The position numbers and the translations under genes are program-made. A DNA stretch of 64,000 nucleotides, from positions 398,679 through 462,678 of the forward strand of contig NZ_JBHSBU010000001.1 of assembly GCF_042650885.1 (NCBI RefSeq), in the 5' to 3' direction. The DNA comes from Chitinimonas lacunae. GTDB taxonomy: Bacteria > Pseudomonadota > Gammaproteobacteria > Burkholderiales > Chitinimonadaceae. Every line of letters starts with the position of its first letter. Positions within the stretch are counted from its first letter, which is position 1. The notes under the pieces were generated by a model, which was not told where the DNA came from, made no database searches, and saw only the letters and a program-made list of their open reading frames with translations. Below are positions 63,428 through 64,000 of the stretch, one piece after another.

Positions 63428-64000
63428 TCATACCAGACAACAGGTACGCTGCCACACCGCTTCGCGCAGCAAGCTGTGCGCCTGGCCGAGACTGCCGACG
63501 ATTCGATGGCCCAGGGCGCGCAGGGCGGTGCTGGGCGGCTTGATGTCGGGGATCTGGATCGGCGTCATGCCGGCTGCCAGAGCGGCCTGCACGCCCGGTT
63601 CGGAATCCTCCAGCACGATGCAATGGGCCGGCGCCACGCCAAGCAGGTCGGCGGCCTTGAGATAGATGTCGGGCGCCGGCTTGGGCTGTTCGATCTCGTC
63701 ACCGCAGACGCTGACCGGAAAGCGCGGCAGCAGGCCGCTGCTGCGCAGATTGCCCTGGGCACGCTGGCGGGTCGACGAGGTGGCGACCGCCTTGGGCAGG
63801 CGAACCGCATCGAGCCAGTCGAGCAGCTCGGTCAGACCGGGCTTGAGCGGGATGCCGGCTTCGATCCGCCCCAGATAAAGCGCTTCGGTGCGGGCAAAGA
63901 TCGCATCGATGGGCAAGTCGGGGCCAAAGCGTTCCAGCAGCATGGCGCGACACAGCCGGTCGTGTAGACCGACCATCGCATGGAGCACGCTGTCGTCGAA
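63428..64000 (-). CDS. HAD-IA family hydrolase (phosphatase/beta-phosphoglucomutase-like), N-terminus beyond window
   Basis: HAD motifs III/IV (KPAPDIYLKAA...VLEDSEPGVQAALAAGM); reading frame continues past position 64000 toward the DxDG motif. Confidence 0.7.
   Translation of the reverse strand, partial: FDDSVLHAMVGLHDRLCRAMLLERFGPDLPIDAIFARTEALYLGRIEAGIPLKPGLTELLDWLDAVRLPKAVATSSTRQRAQGNLRSSGLLPRFPVSVCGDEIEQPKPAPDIYLKAADLLGVAPAHCIVLEDSEPGVQAALAAGMTPIQIPDIKPPSTALRALGHRIVGSLGQAHSLLREAVWQRTCCLV

Overview
The window is high-GC betaproteobacterial chromosome, resembling Neisseriales/Chromobacteriaceae by gene content. It is mostly core metabolism interrupted by several accessory-looking inserts.

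Gene order:
- 3' part of glyA.
- An apparent insert between glyA and nrdR: an HExxH aminopeptidase lipoprotein, copA-cueR with a MerR-type operator, and a low-GC hypothetical.
- nrdR, a membrane-protein gene, then ribD.
- A convergent propionate operon prpB-GNAT-prpC-hyp-prpD on the minus strand, with a sigma-54 promoter and two PrpR-type palindromes, and the divergent activator prpR.
- fdxA and gluQ.
- The Pseudomonas-type block fimV-(membrane hyp)-truA-trpF-trpB-trpA-accD.
- A DUF482 GNAT, two alpha/beta hydrolases, and a large DUF1631-like protein.
- A translationally coupled SPFH + zinc-ribbon pair next to a degenerate tRNA-Ser-like element.
- Two tandem paralogous proteins of unknown function, then the ABC-F factor yheS.
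- An MFS transporter, a low-GC patch of small genes, and a second SPFH lipoprotein.
- An S9 peptidase and two efflux systems: a MacAB-like split ABC with adaptor, and TetR-AcrA-AcrB without an outer-membrane factor.
- A very large multi-PAS GGDEF protein with a coupled two-TM protein.
- A Fur-box-preceded tonB-exbB-exbD operon.
- A SulA/ImuA-like RecA-fold gene, a WbuC cupin, acylphosphatase and a truncated HAD hydrolase.

I saw no CRISPR array, transposase, integrase or prophage genes. Many long antisense ORFs in the track are typical high-GC artefacts.
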